Below, piece after piece: positions 29,462-38,853 of a stretch of DNA of 64,000 bases. Below the pieces are notes generated by a model. The model was not told the origin of the DNA, searched no databases, and saw only the letters and a list, made by a program, of their open reading frames with translations. The DNA is from Nitrosopumilus sp. (GTDB lineage Archaea; Thermoproteota; Nitrososphaeria; Nitrososphaerales; Nitrosopumilaceae): assembly GCA_965238275.1 (NCBI GenBank), contig OZ250186.1:1504001-1568000 (forward strand). Direction: 5' to 3'. Every line of letters starts with the position of its first letter. The first letter of the stretch is position 1. The position numbers and the translations under genes were made by a program.

Positions 29462-30304
29462 TTAATTTGGATTGCTATTGACCAAAGTGCGCGCAAACAC
29501 GTATGGCGTGTCGTCTGGCTCGTCAAACGTCCATGCCGTGGGCAGGGAGATGGTCCGGATCAGTTCGAGGCCGTTTTCGTCAATGAATGTGCCCCACCCG
29601 GCCTCGTTTTTGGGATCCGGCCGGTACTTTTGGGAGCATGTCCCTGCAAACACCCATCCTGCATCCACACGACCAGGCATCCCCCTCATCACCCCGGCGG
29701 CAAGATCACTTCCGCCCATCTGCGCAAGTCCGCCGATAAAGAATGCGGGCCTCTCCAGATCCAGTGCCGAGTAGTCAAAGGATGCAGCATCCGAGCAGAA
29801 TGGATGAAAGTCAAGTATGTCCGAGGGACTATTCTGTATTCCGACTAACATCTCATCGACATCTATGCTGTAGGATTCCATGCCTGCAACCCTGCCGCAG
29901 AACGCTATCCTGCCATCCCCGGACCCGACATCAACCACCTGGCCGTAGCCAAGTTCCCTTACAAACAGCGAGCCTACGTATGCAGACATCATCCATGTAG
30001 GGGAGAACGGGGCGTGACTGGAGTCGTGCTGAATGCTGTTGAGCCAGTACCTGTTGATGTCCCCCTCATAGACAGTGCACGGGGTATCCCCGACTGTCTT
30101 TTCAAACGAGTTGTAATAGATTGGATTGCTCCCGGCGAATCGGTGCAGTAATTCCAGATCATGGCTGCCCATTGGAAACCGTTCGGATTTTGATGTCGGG
30201 ATGACCTCTTGGATGTGGCCTGCCCCGTCATACTCCTCTGCAAACTCTCTTTTTAGAACTGCAAGGTTCTTTGCAAGATGATCAACTAGACAGTCCCTTC
30301 TCAT
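29462..30304 (-). CDS. Hypothetical protein with class I SAM-methyltransferase-like motif
   Basis: VVDVGSGDGRIA motif I and SIDVDE motif II; start uncertain. Confidence 0.7.
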   Translation of the reverse strand: MRRDCLVDHLAKNLAVLKREFAEEYDGAGHIQEVIPTSKSERFPMGSHDLELLHRFAGSNPIYYNSFEKTVGDTPCTVYEGDINRYWLNSIQHDSSHAPFSPTWMMSAYVGSLFVRELGYGQVVDVGSGDGRIAFCGRVAGMESYSIDVDEMLVGIQNSPSDILDFHPFCSDAASFDYSALDLERPAFFIGGLAQMGGSDLAAGVMRGMPGRVDAGWVFAGTCSQKYRPDPKNEAGWGTFIDENGLELIRTISLPTAWTFDEPDDTPYVFARTLVNSNPN

Positions 30305-30698
30305 ACTGTCCTACAAACTCCCGGGTGCTCATCATTTGACGCAGATTCTCGTACGCTGCGGACATGTCAGTATTGTTCCCCGTATCCTGGGACTGAAGGT
30401 TGTTGGTGGATTCGGTGATCAGGTCGGCAAGGTTTGCCTGAATTCTGGGATGGATGTCAGAATTGAACCTCTCAGAAATTATTGATTCGGCATGGGTGAT
30501 CATGTCCAGCAGCTGCCTGTGTTTGTCGGGGTCAATCTGCTGCCTGAGCATGAGGGCCATTGAGGATACGTTGATGACCTGATAGTAGATCTCCACAATC
30601 TCAGAAACAGGCAGGTCGGTGACCGCTGCGTTGCTGATCAGGCCTTCCAGCTTGTCCGATTCTGCATGAAACATTCTAGAGACATCTTCGTGATTCAT
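30282..30698 (-). CDS. Hypothetical helical protein
   Basis: IVEIYYQVINV and YENLRQMMSTREFVGQY; start reassigned to ATG 30698. Confidence 0.7.
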   Translation of the reverse strand: MNHEDVSRMFHAESDKLEGLISNAAVTDLPVSEIVEIYYQVINVSSMALMLRQQIDPDKHRQLLDMITHAESIISERFNSDIHPRIQANLADLITESTNNLQSQDTGNNTDMSAAYENLRQMMSTREFVGQYEKGLSS

Positions 30699-30741
30699 GC
30701 TGCCAGGCACCCAGAAATTGTTAAAAACGTTGGCATCCGGG

Positions 30742-31446
30742 CTATGCTTCCTTTTCTGCTGGCTTGACAAAGACGTAGTTCATTATCAGGCCCGCTATGA
30801 TTCCGCCCAGGATTGGCGCTGCCCAGTACAGCCAGTGAAATTCCCAGAATCCTGAGATCAGTGCAGGACCAAACGTCCTTGCGGGGTTTACCGATGCGCC
30901 AGTCAGCGGAACTGCAATCAGGTGAATAAGGAACACCATTCCGCCTATGGTGATTCCGTGCAGGCCCGGCGATGCCTTCTTGTGGACTGCGCTCATAAAG
31001 ATTACAGTCACCAGGAAGAATGTCAGTATCGCCTCTACTGCGAATCCGGATGCGATGCTGCCGTTGATCAGTTCGCTTGGGCCGCCCTGCGTTCCAAAGT
31101 TGACTTTGGCGCCAAGCTCCGGCAGGATCGCCATGAGGGTGGCCGCTGCGGCTACTGCGCCAACCAGCTGTGAGGCGATGTAGCCGATTCCGTCGGCGAT
31201 CCCGATTCGCCTGGTAATCATCATGGGTATTGTAACTGCCGGATTGATGTGTGCTCCAGAGACGTGTCCAAACGCATAGATCATCAGGGCAATGGCCCCT
31301 CCGTGCCCAAGGGATATGAACAGTACAGACTGCGTAGTTAACTCCTCGCCAAAGGATGCAATTGCAAGTATGACTGAAAGCGGGCCAAAGAACACCAGCC
31401 CGTAAGTTGAGATTGCCTCTGCAAGATAGGCCCTTGGGTTAACCAT
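30742..31446 (-). CDS. Aquaporin (MIP family)
   Basis: SGAHINPAVT and GASVNPARTFGP (two NPA motifs). Confidence 0.96.
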   Translation of the reverse strand: MVNPRAYLAEAISTYGLVFFGPLSVILAIASFGEELTTQSVLFISLGHGGAIALMIYAFGHVSGAHINPAVTIPMMITRRIGIADGIGYIASQLVGAVAAAATLMAILPELGAKVNFGTQGGPSELINGSIASGFAVEAILTFFLVTVIFMSAVHKKASPGLHGITIGGMVFLIHLIAVPLTGASVNPARTFGPALISGFWEFHWLYWAAPILGGIIAGLIMNYVFVKPAEKEA

Positions 31447-31639
31447 CAGAATGTAATCGCTTCAAGTTTCCATATAAAAGATTCGAATAATGTGGGATGC
31501 CCATATTTTTGGCCAGAATCACCGCAGGGACGGTAATCCGGGCGCCTGGCAGATTCAATGGGTGGCATGAGGTATTTTTGCATAAAACACGGCACAGACC
31601 ATCAAAAGGTAATTATTTGTGGGGCCGGTGCCCTACCAC

Positions 31640-32104
31640 ATGGTTTCTGAAGGAGACACGGTTCCTGAATTTGAGCTGAATGATGCAGACGGCAACGCCG
31701 TCAAATCTACAGATCTGAACGGAAGAAAACACGTAATCTACTTTTATCCGAAGGACTTTACTCCCGGGTGTACGACCCAGGCCGACGAGTTTTCAAGAGA
31801 TTATGAACTGTTCCGGAAAGAGGGAATTGACATAATTGGAATCAGCCCGGATGATACAAAATCCCACAAAAAATTCTGTGACAAGAGGGGAATCCGGTAT
31901 ACGCTCCTGTCGGATGTCGAAAAGGAGGTCTCAACCAGGTTTGGCGTATGGGGCAAGAAGAAGTTTATGGGCAGGGAGTACATGGGGGTGATGAGAAGCA
32001 CGTTTCTTGTAAATGGCGATGGAAGAATATTTAAGATTTATTCAAAAGTAAAGCCTGCCGGCCATTCAAAATTGGTACTAGATGATTTTCTAAATTCGAA
32101 ATAA
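31640..32104 (+). CDS. bcp: Peroxiredoxin (BCP/PrxQ)
   Basis: YFYPKDFTPGCTTQA, GISPD and RSTFLV. Confidence 0.95.
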   Translation: MVSEGDTVPEFELNDADGNAVKSTDLNGRKHVIYFYPKDFTPGCTTQADEFSRDYELFRKEGIDIIGISPDDTKSHKKFCDKRGIRYTLLSDVEKEVSTRFGVWGKKKFMGREYMGVMRSTFLVNGDGRIFKIYSKVKPAGHSKLVLDDFLNSK

Positions 32105-32238
32105 TGCGGTTCCTTATGATTGTGAAAAATTGCCAGACGCATGGGACATACGGGCCGTAGCCCAAAATGATACAAAATAATTTCCAGACACAGGCATTGA
32201 ATGTTTTACTTGTATAAATAAAAGAAATGGTAGATGGT

Positions 32239-33564
32239 TTAGAAGCCTTTTGGAAGCGTGCCTCGGGAGGCTTTTGGTGGTTCTGGTTCAGGTTCTGGTG
32301 CAAACCCCTTGGGTAGAACGCCACGGCTCTTCTTGGCACTAGCTGCTGCTGCAGCAGCAGCCTCATCTTGCAGTGCTTTCTGATATGCCTGTTCTGCTTC
32401 AATTCTGTCTTGCTCGATTCTTTTGAGGTATCTGCTTTCATAATCCTCCAGTCGCTCTTGTCTCGATTTCGAGCTATTGTCGCTATAGCTTGCCTGCTGT
32501 GGGGGTGGAGCCTGCTGTGGGGGTGGAGCCTGCTGTGCTTGCTCTGGTTCCGGTGCCTGTGTGGTAGTGCCGCCTTCAAAACTCATACTCACGCCACTAA
32601 ATGTCCCAAATGTCTTGTCGGGAGGGTGATATGCCAGTCGTGGTCTTGTTGCAAAGTACTGGTTGGATGGTTGCGTATAGCCTGTAACCTTGGCCTTTTG
32701 ATCGTTCCAGTTGGTTGTCGGAACGCTTCCCACAGGTGCAGTCAGCCGTACATAGTATCGGTTCGGAGACGGTGAGTATCCGGTCACCTTTGTCCTGTAT
32801 TGGTGGAAGTCAGTCTGTGGGGTTGCATAGTATGCATCCTCCAATGCGGCATTGAATGTTGCCGGTGGTGGGGATTTTGTTTCTGTAGGCTTTGGTGCCT
32901 CTTGGGGCTTTGGCTTGCCAAATCCCTTTGGAAGTGTTCCCTTGGGCTTGACAGTCTCTGCTGGCTTTGGTGCCTCTTGGGGCTTTGGTGCCTCTTGGGG
33001 CTTTGGCTTGCCAAATCCCTTTGGAAGTGTTCCCTTGGGCTTGACAGTCTCTGCTGGCTTTGGTGCCTCTTGGGGCTTTGGTGCCTCTTGGGGCTTTGGC
33101 TTGCCAAATCCCTTTGGAAGTGTTCCCTTGGGCTTGACAGTCTCTGCTGGCTTTGGTGCCTCTTGGGGCTTTGGCTTGCCAAATCCCTTTGGAAGTGTTC
33201 CCTTGGGCTTGACAGTCTCTGCTGGCTTTGGTGCCTCTTGGGGCTTTGGTGCCTCTACCTTGGCAGGCACCTTTCGTGGCCTGCCTCTCGGTCTTGGAGT
33301 CTTTGGTGCATCAGTAGTTACCTTTCGTGGCCTGCCTCTCGGTCTTGGAGTCTTTGGTGCATCAGTAGTTACCTTTCGTGGCCTGCCTCTCGGTCTTGGA
33401 GTCTTTGGTGCATCAGTAGTTACCTTTCGTGGCCTGCCTCTCGGTCTTGGAGTCTTTGGTGCATCTGTACTGGCAGGCACCTTTCGTGGCCTGCCTCTCG
33501 GTCTTTTAGATCCAGTCTGTGATGTCTTTGGCTTTTCGCTTGAACTTGCGTTGTCATTTGCCAT
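32239..33564 (-). CDS. Disordered repeat protein A: 5 AT-hooks, LPKGF repeats, conserved KVTGY domain
   Basis: PRGRPRK x5; PKGTLPKGF x4 plus two C-terminal variants; Pro/Lys-rich; no signal peptide or TM. Confidence 0.88.
   Translation of the reverse strand: MANDNASSSEKPKTSQTGSKRPRGRPRKVPASTDAPKTPRPRGRPRKVTTDAPKTPRPRGRPRKVTTDAPKTPRPRGRPRKVTTDAPKTPRPRGRPRKVPAKVEAPKPQEAPKPAETVKPKGTLPKGFGKPKPQEAPKPAETVKPKGTLPKGFGKPKPQEAPKPQEAPKPAETVKPKGTLPKGFGKPKPQEAPKPQEAPKPAETVKPKGTLPKGFGKPKPQEAPKPTETKSPPPATFNAALEDAYYATPQTDFHQYRTKVTGYSPSPNRYYVRLTAPVGSVPTTNWNDQKAKVTGYTQPSNQYFATRPRLAYHPPDKTFGTFSGVSMSFEGGTTTQAPEPEQAQQAPPPQQAPPPQQASYSDNSSKSRQERLEDYESRYLKRIEQDRIEAEQAYQKALQDEAAAAAAASAKKSRGVLPKGFAPEPEPEPPKASRGTLPKGF
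32886..33505. repeat. Nested in-frame tandem repeats in gene A (51-bp AT-hook unit, 75/93-bp LPKGF unit, 18-bp KPQEAP unit)
   Basis: CTTTCGTGGCCTGCCTCTCGG at 33271, 33322, 33373, 33424 and 33481; AAATCCCTTTGGAAGTGTTCCCTTGGGCTTG x4. Confidence 0.92.
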
Positions 33565-33701
33565 TCCTTACAGTAAATACAGCACTGTTTATTTACATTT
33601 TGATTAGTGCGTACCCTGATTCAAATTAATTCATAAAATTAGACAAAAATTTGTAAAAATTTTATTGCCCTGCGATCGAGGCTTCAAGGGAGATCTGTGA
33701 G

Positions 33702-33902
33702 TCAATCAGGTTCCCAAAATGCCATTACATACATGCAGTTATTGCATCGCCAGAGATTTACATGAATTCCGTTGTCGGTGTCTGCAACGTATTTTCCCTC
33801 ATCAGTCCGGCTTACCTTGGGCAGGTAACTCAATTCGGGGCTCTGTAGCCATTCCTTTTGTTGGCAATTGGGACACGTGATATTTGGAGGCATAAATGAC
33901 AT
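33702..33902 (-). CDS. Small zinc-ribbon protein (CPNC...CNNC)
   Basis: 66 aa with two CxxC knuckles; lies between the two repeat-protein genes on the same strand. Confidence 0.8.
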   Translation of the reverse strand: MSFMPPNITCPNCQQKEWLQSPELSYLPKVSRTDEGKYVADTDNGIHVNLWRCNNCMYVMAFWEPD

Positions 33903-33952
33903 ACGCAGTAATCAAAAAAAACATTTCTATGAAAAAGAGAAGAATTGTGAGG

Positions 33953-35221
33953 TTAGAAACCTTTTGGAAGCTTGCCCTTTGCGGGTTTTGGTTCCGATGC
34001 CTGCTCTGCCTGTGTGGTAGTGCCGCCTTCAAAACTCATACTCACGCCACTAAATGTCCCAAATGTCTTGTCGGGAGGGTGATATGCCAGTCGTGCCCTT
34101 GTTGCAAAGTACTGGTTGGATGGCTGCGTATAGCCTGTAACCTCGGCCTTTTGATCGTTCCAGTTGGTTGTCGGAACGCTTCCCACAGGTGCAGTCAGTC
34201 GCGTATAGTATCGGTTCGGAGACGGTGAGTATCCGGTCACCTTTGTCCTGTATTGATGGAAGTCAGTCTGTGGGGTTGCATAGTATGCATCCTCCAATGC
34301 GGCATTGAATGTTGCCGGTGGTTGGGATTTTGTTTCTGCAGGCTTTGGTACCTCCTGAGGTTTTGGCGCCTCTTGGGGCTTTGGCGTGTCAAATCCCTTT
34401 GGAAGTGTTCCCTTGGGCTTGGCAGTCTCTGCAGGCTTTGGTGCCTCCTGAGGTTTTGGTGCCTCTTGGGGCTTTGGCGTGTCAAATCCCTTTGGAAGTG
34501 TTCCCTTGGGCTTGGCAGTCTCTGCAGGCTTTGGCGCCTCCTGAGGTTTTGGTGCCTCTTGGGGCTTTGGCGTGTCAAATCCCTTTGGAAGTGTTCCCTT
34601 GGGCTTGGCAGTCTCTGCAGGCTTTGGCGCCTCTTGAGGTTTTGGTGCCTCTTGAGGTTTTGGTGCCTCTTGGGGCTTTGGCGTGTCAAATCCCTTTGGA
34701 AGTGTTCCCTTGGGCTTGGCAGTCTCTGCTGGCTTTGGCGCCTCCTGAGGTTTTGGTGCCTCTTGGGGCTTTGGCGTGTCAAATCCCTTTGGAAGTGTTC
34801 CCTTGGGCTTGGCAGTCTCTGCTGGCTTTGGTGCCTCTACATTGGCAGGTACCTTTCTTGGTCTGCCTCGTGGCCTTGCTGGCTTTGGCGTCTCTGTACT
34901 GGCAGGTACCTTTCTTGGTCTGCCTCGTGGCCTTGCTGGCTTTGGCGTCTCTGTACTGGCAGGTACCTTTCTTGGTCTGCCTCGTGGCCTTGCTGGCTTT
35001 GGCGTCTCTGTACTGGCAGGTACCTTTCTTGGTCTGCCTCGTGGCCTTGCTGGCTTTGGAGTGTCAAATCCCTTTGGAAGTGTTCCCTTGGGCTTGGCAG
35101 TCTCTGCTGGTTGTTGTTCCGAATCAAGACTTGATTGTATGTCTGCGGTGTAATCGCGTAGTGATGTTTCTAAATCATCAGCTTTGTCGTAATTTTTAGG
35201 CGATTTTTTTGCTGTTTGCAT
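33953..35221 (-). CDS. Disordered repeat protein B: 4 AT-hooks, LPKGF repeats, conserved KVTGY domain (paralog of A)
   Basis: PRGRPRK x4; LPKGF x7 including the C-terminus; ~110-aa domain nearly identical to gene A. Confidence 0.88.
   Translation of the reverse strand: MQTAKKSPKNYDKADDLETSLRDYTADIQSSLDSEQQPAETAKPKGTLPKGFDTPKPARPRGRPRKVPASTETPKPARPRGRPRKVPASTETPKPARPRGRPRKVPASTETPKPARPRGRPRKVPANVEAPKPAETAKPKGTLPKGFDTPKPQEAPKPQEAPKPAETAKPKGTLPKGFDTPKPQEAPKPQEAPKPQEAPKPAETAKPKGTLPKGFDTPKPQEAPKPQEAPKPAETAKPKGTLPKGFDTPKPQEAPKPQEAPKPAETAKPKGTLPKGFDTPKPQEAPKPQEVPKPAETKSQPPATFNAALEDAYYATPQTDFHQYRTKVTGYSPSPNRYYTRLTAPVGSVPTTNWNDQKAEVTGYTQPSNQYFATRARLAYHPPDKTFGTFSGVSMSFEGGTTTQAEQASEPKPAKGKLPKGF
34340..35110. 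repeat. Nested in-frame tandem repeats in gene B (57-bp AT-hook unit, ~93-bp LPKGF unit)
   Basis: GGCAGGTACCTTTCTTGGTCTGCCTCGTGGCCTTGCTGGCTTTGG x4; GTGTCAAATCCCTTTGGAAGTGTTCCC x6. Confidence 0.92.
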
Positions 35222-35775
35222 TGCTCTGAGTGAATGATCTGGGGTTTATGTATATTTGGGTTATCGTGGAGACCCTGGCACAGATGTCTGTGCACAAAAT
35301 GCCTTCAAAAGGAGAATCAGCTATTGGCAAGCAGACTGGGAGAAATGCCATGGCGAGAAATGCCATGGCTTGTGGGGGAAATTATTTCTCGTACGCCTGA
35401 ATCGTCATGGATGTCAAAATTTGAATAAATGGTGGGTTTTTTTGATTCATTGCGACCCGTACGTGTTTTGGGCATATCCTGCAAACACAGATTCATATCT
35501 TGACCACGCGGGTTCGGTCTTTTCAAAACGTAGCAATCAAAAACATGACACGTGTCATTGGCACGGTATGGCATGCGCCCCAGCATTGTCCGTGTAGCCA
35601 AATTCTGGCAGCCGCATATGGGGGATTGGCGTCACAATGTCGAATCTTTATTGTGGCTGGAGCATGATTCGCAGCAGGCAACCAAGCATGAAACAGGCGG
35701 CCTTGGTTTGATGGGACAGGAAACACCCGAATCTCAACATGATCAAGTTTTATATGCATAGGATGCTTATGGTGT

Positions 35776-36153
35776 TTGATGGATGACTTTGAAAAGGACT
35801 TTCCGGATTTTGACTGGAAGAACGTACCTGCATACGAACATCCCGGAGGCAAGGACTGCCCATGCCCAAAGCACGAATACATCCGGGAACAGATCAATTT
35901 TACAAAACAGGTAAATGAAAAAGGCAAGGAACCATCCAAGATCACGCTCAGATTTTGTCCTGATCACTACCGGGTCTACATGGATGAGGTTATTCCTGCA
36001 ATGCCTCTGAAATACAAGCTGCTGACAAAGATAGCCCTGAGGATTGGCGCAATCCAGGTGGAGCAGTTAAAGTATATGGAATCCGGACTCTGCTTTTATT
36101 GCAAGTTTGGATCCGGAGGACACGACAAAAAGACAGAACTGCCCCCGATGTAG
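35776..36153 (+). CDS. Hypothetical Cys/His-rich (zinc-binding-like) protein
   Basis: CPCPKH, CPDH and CFYC motifs; TTTTATA box upstream. Confidence 0.75.
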   Translation: MMDDFEKDFPDFDWKNVPAYEHPGGKDCPCPKHEYIREQINFTKQVNEKGKEPSKITLRFCPDHYRVYMDEVIPAMPLKYKLLTKIALRIGAIQVEQLKYMESGLCFYCKFGSGGHDKKTELPPM

Positions 36154-36297
36154 GGCAGGCATGCAAGAGTCTTCTGACAATATGGCTGCTGACAAAAGGG
36201 CATGACTGAGGCCGTCTACGGGACCAGTCCTGGGTGCCACGCACACACACGCTCTGAATCCAGTTAAGCTTATACCCAAACCGGCACCATACCCATC

Positions 36298-37740
36298 ATG
36301 CCGATAAAAGACATTCACGAGCTCATCTCAGAGTTGGAAGGATGCGGGGAGCTGAAGCGAGTCAAGGCAAGTGTTGATGCAGACCTTGAGGTTGCAGAGA
36401 TTATGAGGCGGGAGATGTACCGTGGGGGTCCGGCGATCCTGTTTGAGAATGTAAAAGGATATGACATGCCAATACTTGGAAACACGTTTGGTTCCATGAA
36501 GCGGCTGGAGATCGGACTCGGAATGACGGATTTTACCGAGATTGGCAGGCGCATAGTGGAGATGACAAGGATGAGCGTCCCATCGGGACTTTTGGGCAAG
36601 CTAAGAAAGCTTCCGGAGCTCTCAAAGATGGCAGCAGTGTTTCCCAAAAACGAGACAAGCGGGCCGGTATCTGAGGTCGTGTCTGCAGAGCCGTCATTTG
36701 ATGGGATTCCAATCATAAAGTCGTGGCCGGGAGATGCAGGAAGATTCATCACGCTGGGACTGGTTGCCACAGTGCATCCTGAGACGGGGGTTAGAAACCT
36801 GGGCGTGTTTAGGATGCAGATTATAGACAGCACCCATGCCCTGATGCACTGGCAGAGACACAAGAGGGGGGCCCACCACGGCGAGATCTCAAGGGACCGG
36901 GGGGAGAAAATACCTGCTGCCATAATCATAGGCGGGGATCCTGCAACCGTCTTTTCGGCAATTGCGCCTGTTCCAGAGGGGCTGGACAAGTATCTGTTTG
37001 CAGGAATTACAAGAAAGGAGGGAATCAGTACGGTACGGTGCAAGACAGTTGATCTGGATGTTCCTGCAAACGCAGAGATTGTCATGGAGGGATATGTCGA
37101 TCCTGCGGATCTCAGGGACGAGGGGCCTTTTGGAGATCATACCGGATACTACACGCCAGTCGAGCCATACCCGGTATTCACGCTTACAGGAGTCATGCAC
37201 AGGAGGCATCCGGTGTACGTGACTACCGTGGTGGGAAAGCCGGTTCTGGAGGATGCATACATTGGAAAGGTAATCGAGCAGTCGTTCCTGCCGCTGATCA
37301 GGATGTTTCATCCCGAGGTGGCAGATTTCAGCATGCCGGCAGCAGGATGGTTTCAGGGACTGGCAGTCGTGTCGATTCTGAAGAGATACCCGGGTCAGGC
37401 AAAGAAGGTAATGATGGGCCTGTGGGGCATGGGACAGCTCTCCCTTACAAAGACGCTTGTGGTAGTCGACGAGGACATCAACGTCCACGATATGAACGAT
37501 GTCATATGGGCAGTGACGACGAGGGCGGATCCTGCAAGGGATACGACGATCATTGCCGACACGCCTACCGACACCCTTGATCCGGCATCCCCGCTTGTCA
37601 ATCTGGGCTCTAAGATGGGCATCGATGCAACGCAGAAGACAAGCGAGGAGGGATACCAGAGGGAGATTCAGCAGAAGGTGGGGGCAGACGAGAAGACAAG
37701 GAGCATGGTTGATTCCAGATGGCGCGAATACGGGCTATGA
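36298..37740 (+). CDS. ubiD: UbiD-family decarboxylase (menaquinone/futalosine pathway)
   Basis: RNLGVFRMQ, EGPFGDHTGYY, VVVDEDINVHD and DTLDPA...GSKMGIDAT. Confidence 0.93.
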   Translation: MPIKDIHELISELEGCGELKRVKASVDADLEVAEIMRREMYRGGPAILFENVKGYDMPILGNTFGSMKRLEIGLGMTDFTEIGRRIVEMTRMSVPSGLLGKLRKLPELSKMAAVFPKNETSGPVSEVVSAEPSFDGIPIIKSWPGDAGRFITLGLVATVHPETGVRNLGVFRMQIIDSTHALMHWQRHKRGAHHGEISRDRGEKIPAAIIIGGDPATVFSAIAPVPEGLDKYLFAGITRKEGISTVRCKTVDLDVPANAEIVMEGYVDPADLRDEGPFGDHTGYYTPVEPYPVFTLTGVMHRRHPVYVTTVVGKPVLEDAYIGKVIEQSFLPLIRMFHPEVADFSMPAAGWFQGLAVVSILKRYPGQAKKVMMGLWGMGQLSLTKTLVVVDEDINVHDMNDVIWAVTTRADPARDTTIIADTPTDTLDPASPLVNLGSKMGIDATQKTSEEGYQREIQQKVGADEKTRSMVDSRWREYGL

Positions 37741-38853
37741 TGTCAGGACGGGATTGTAAAAGTTGTCCCGCTCCTCTACGGTGTATCCAATCTGACGTAT
37801 GGCCTCTGCTATGGTGCTGCCGGTAAGCTCAGTAGAGCGGGCCCCCGTGCAGGATACGACCTCCTCGCCGATGAGCGTTCCGCCAAAGTCATCTGCGCCA
37901 TACTGCAAGGCAAGCTGGGCCATTCCGACCCCGTTTGTAAGCCAGGAGGACTGGATGTGCGGGATTGAGTCATCAAAGATCAGCCTGGATATGGCAATCA
38001 TCTTTAGCAGCTGAATGCCGCCGGTTCCGTGCTTGACGGTCCCATCCTGCTGCATCAGCGTGTTGTTTGGCTCGAAATTCCATGGAATAAACGCCATAAA
38101 GCCGCCTGTCCGTTCCTGCAGTCTTGTTATCTTCATAAAGTGCTCTGCAATGTCTGCGTTATTCTCCACATGCCCGTACATCATCGTCGCAGAGGCCGGC
38201 AGTCCGATGGAGTGCGCCTCGCCCATGATCCTAATCCAGTCGTCGCTTGCAATCTTCTTTGGGCTGATGATGTCCTTTACAGAGTCGACTAGTATCTCTG
38301 CCCCGGCTCCGGGAACCGACTGCAGCCCAGAGTCCTTGAGCCGGGAAAGAACCTCCAGGGTAGAGGATTTTTCAACCTTTGCAATCATGTCGATCTCTGA
38401 TGCGGACAGTCCGTGAAGGCCCACCATCGGAAACTTTTTGCGGATCATCCTGAATGCGTCCTCGTAATACTCTATTCTCAGGTTGGGATTGTGTCCGCCC
38501 TGGATCAGAACCTGGCGTATCCTGAACATGTCCCATGCCGCACTCACCCTGGATTCAATCTGATCAAGACTCAGCGTGTAGGACTCGTCGTCCCCGGGCG
38601 ACCGGTAGAACGCACAGAACTTGCAGTCTGTAACACAGACATTGGTATAGTTTAGGATTATGTTGCTTACAAATGACGCCTTTCTTCCAAACCGCCTTCT
38701 TGCAAGCTGCCCGGAGACAAGCCCCATGAGATGAACCTCGTCAGACTCCAGAAGCCTCATGCAGTCATCGTACCCCGGCCTGCATCCGTTAAGCGAGTTG
38801 TCCAGAATGTCACCGACGCCGCTGTTTTTTATGTACTCTACGGCTTGGCTCAT
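37735..38853 (-). CDS. mqnC: CofH/MqnC-family radical SAM, probably cyclic dehypoxanthine futalosine synthase
   Basis: NYTNVCVTDCKFCAFY, QGGHNP, PGAGAEIL, ATMMYGH, AFIPW and GADDFG; convergent with ubiD; cofH is encoded separately. Confidence 0.8.
   Translation of the reverse strand: MSQAVEYIKNSGVGDILDNSLNGCRPGYDDCMRLLESDEVHLMGLVSGQLARRRFGRKASFVSNIILNYTNVCVTDCKFCAFYRSPGDDESYTLSLDQIESRVSAAWDMFRIRQVLIQGGHNPNLRIEYYEDAFRMIRKKFPMVGLHGLSASEIDMIAKVEKSSTLEVLSRLKDSGLQSVPGAGAEILVDSVKDIISPKKIASDDWIRIMGEAHSIGLPASATMMYGHVENNADIAEHFMKITRLQERTGGFMAFIPWNFEPNNTLMQQDGTVKHGTGGIQLLKMIAISRLIFDDSIPHIQSSWLTNGVGMAQLALQYGADDFGGTLIGEEVVSCTGARSTELTGSTIAEAIRQIGYTVEERDNFYNPVLTS

Noticed and set aside
32886-35110. Possible CRISPR array
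   Set aside because: Units are multiples of 3 inside ORFs, there are no unique spacers, and no cas genes are present.
32800-35199. Long Cys/Trp/Leu-rich repeat ORFs on the + strand and alternative-frame SPREHFQRD ORFs
   Set aside because: Shadow frames of the stop-poor tandem repeats. The minus-strand frames carry coherent motifs and a non-repetitive shared domain.
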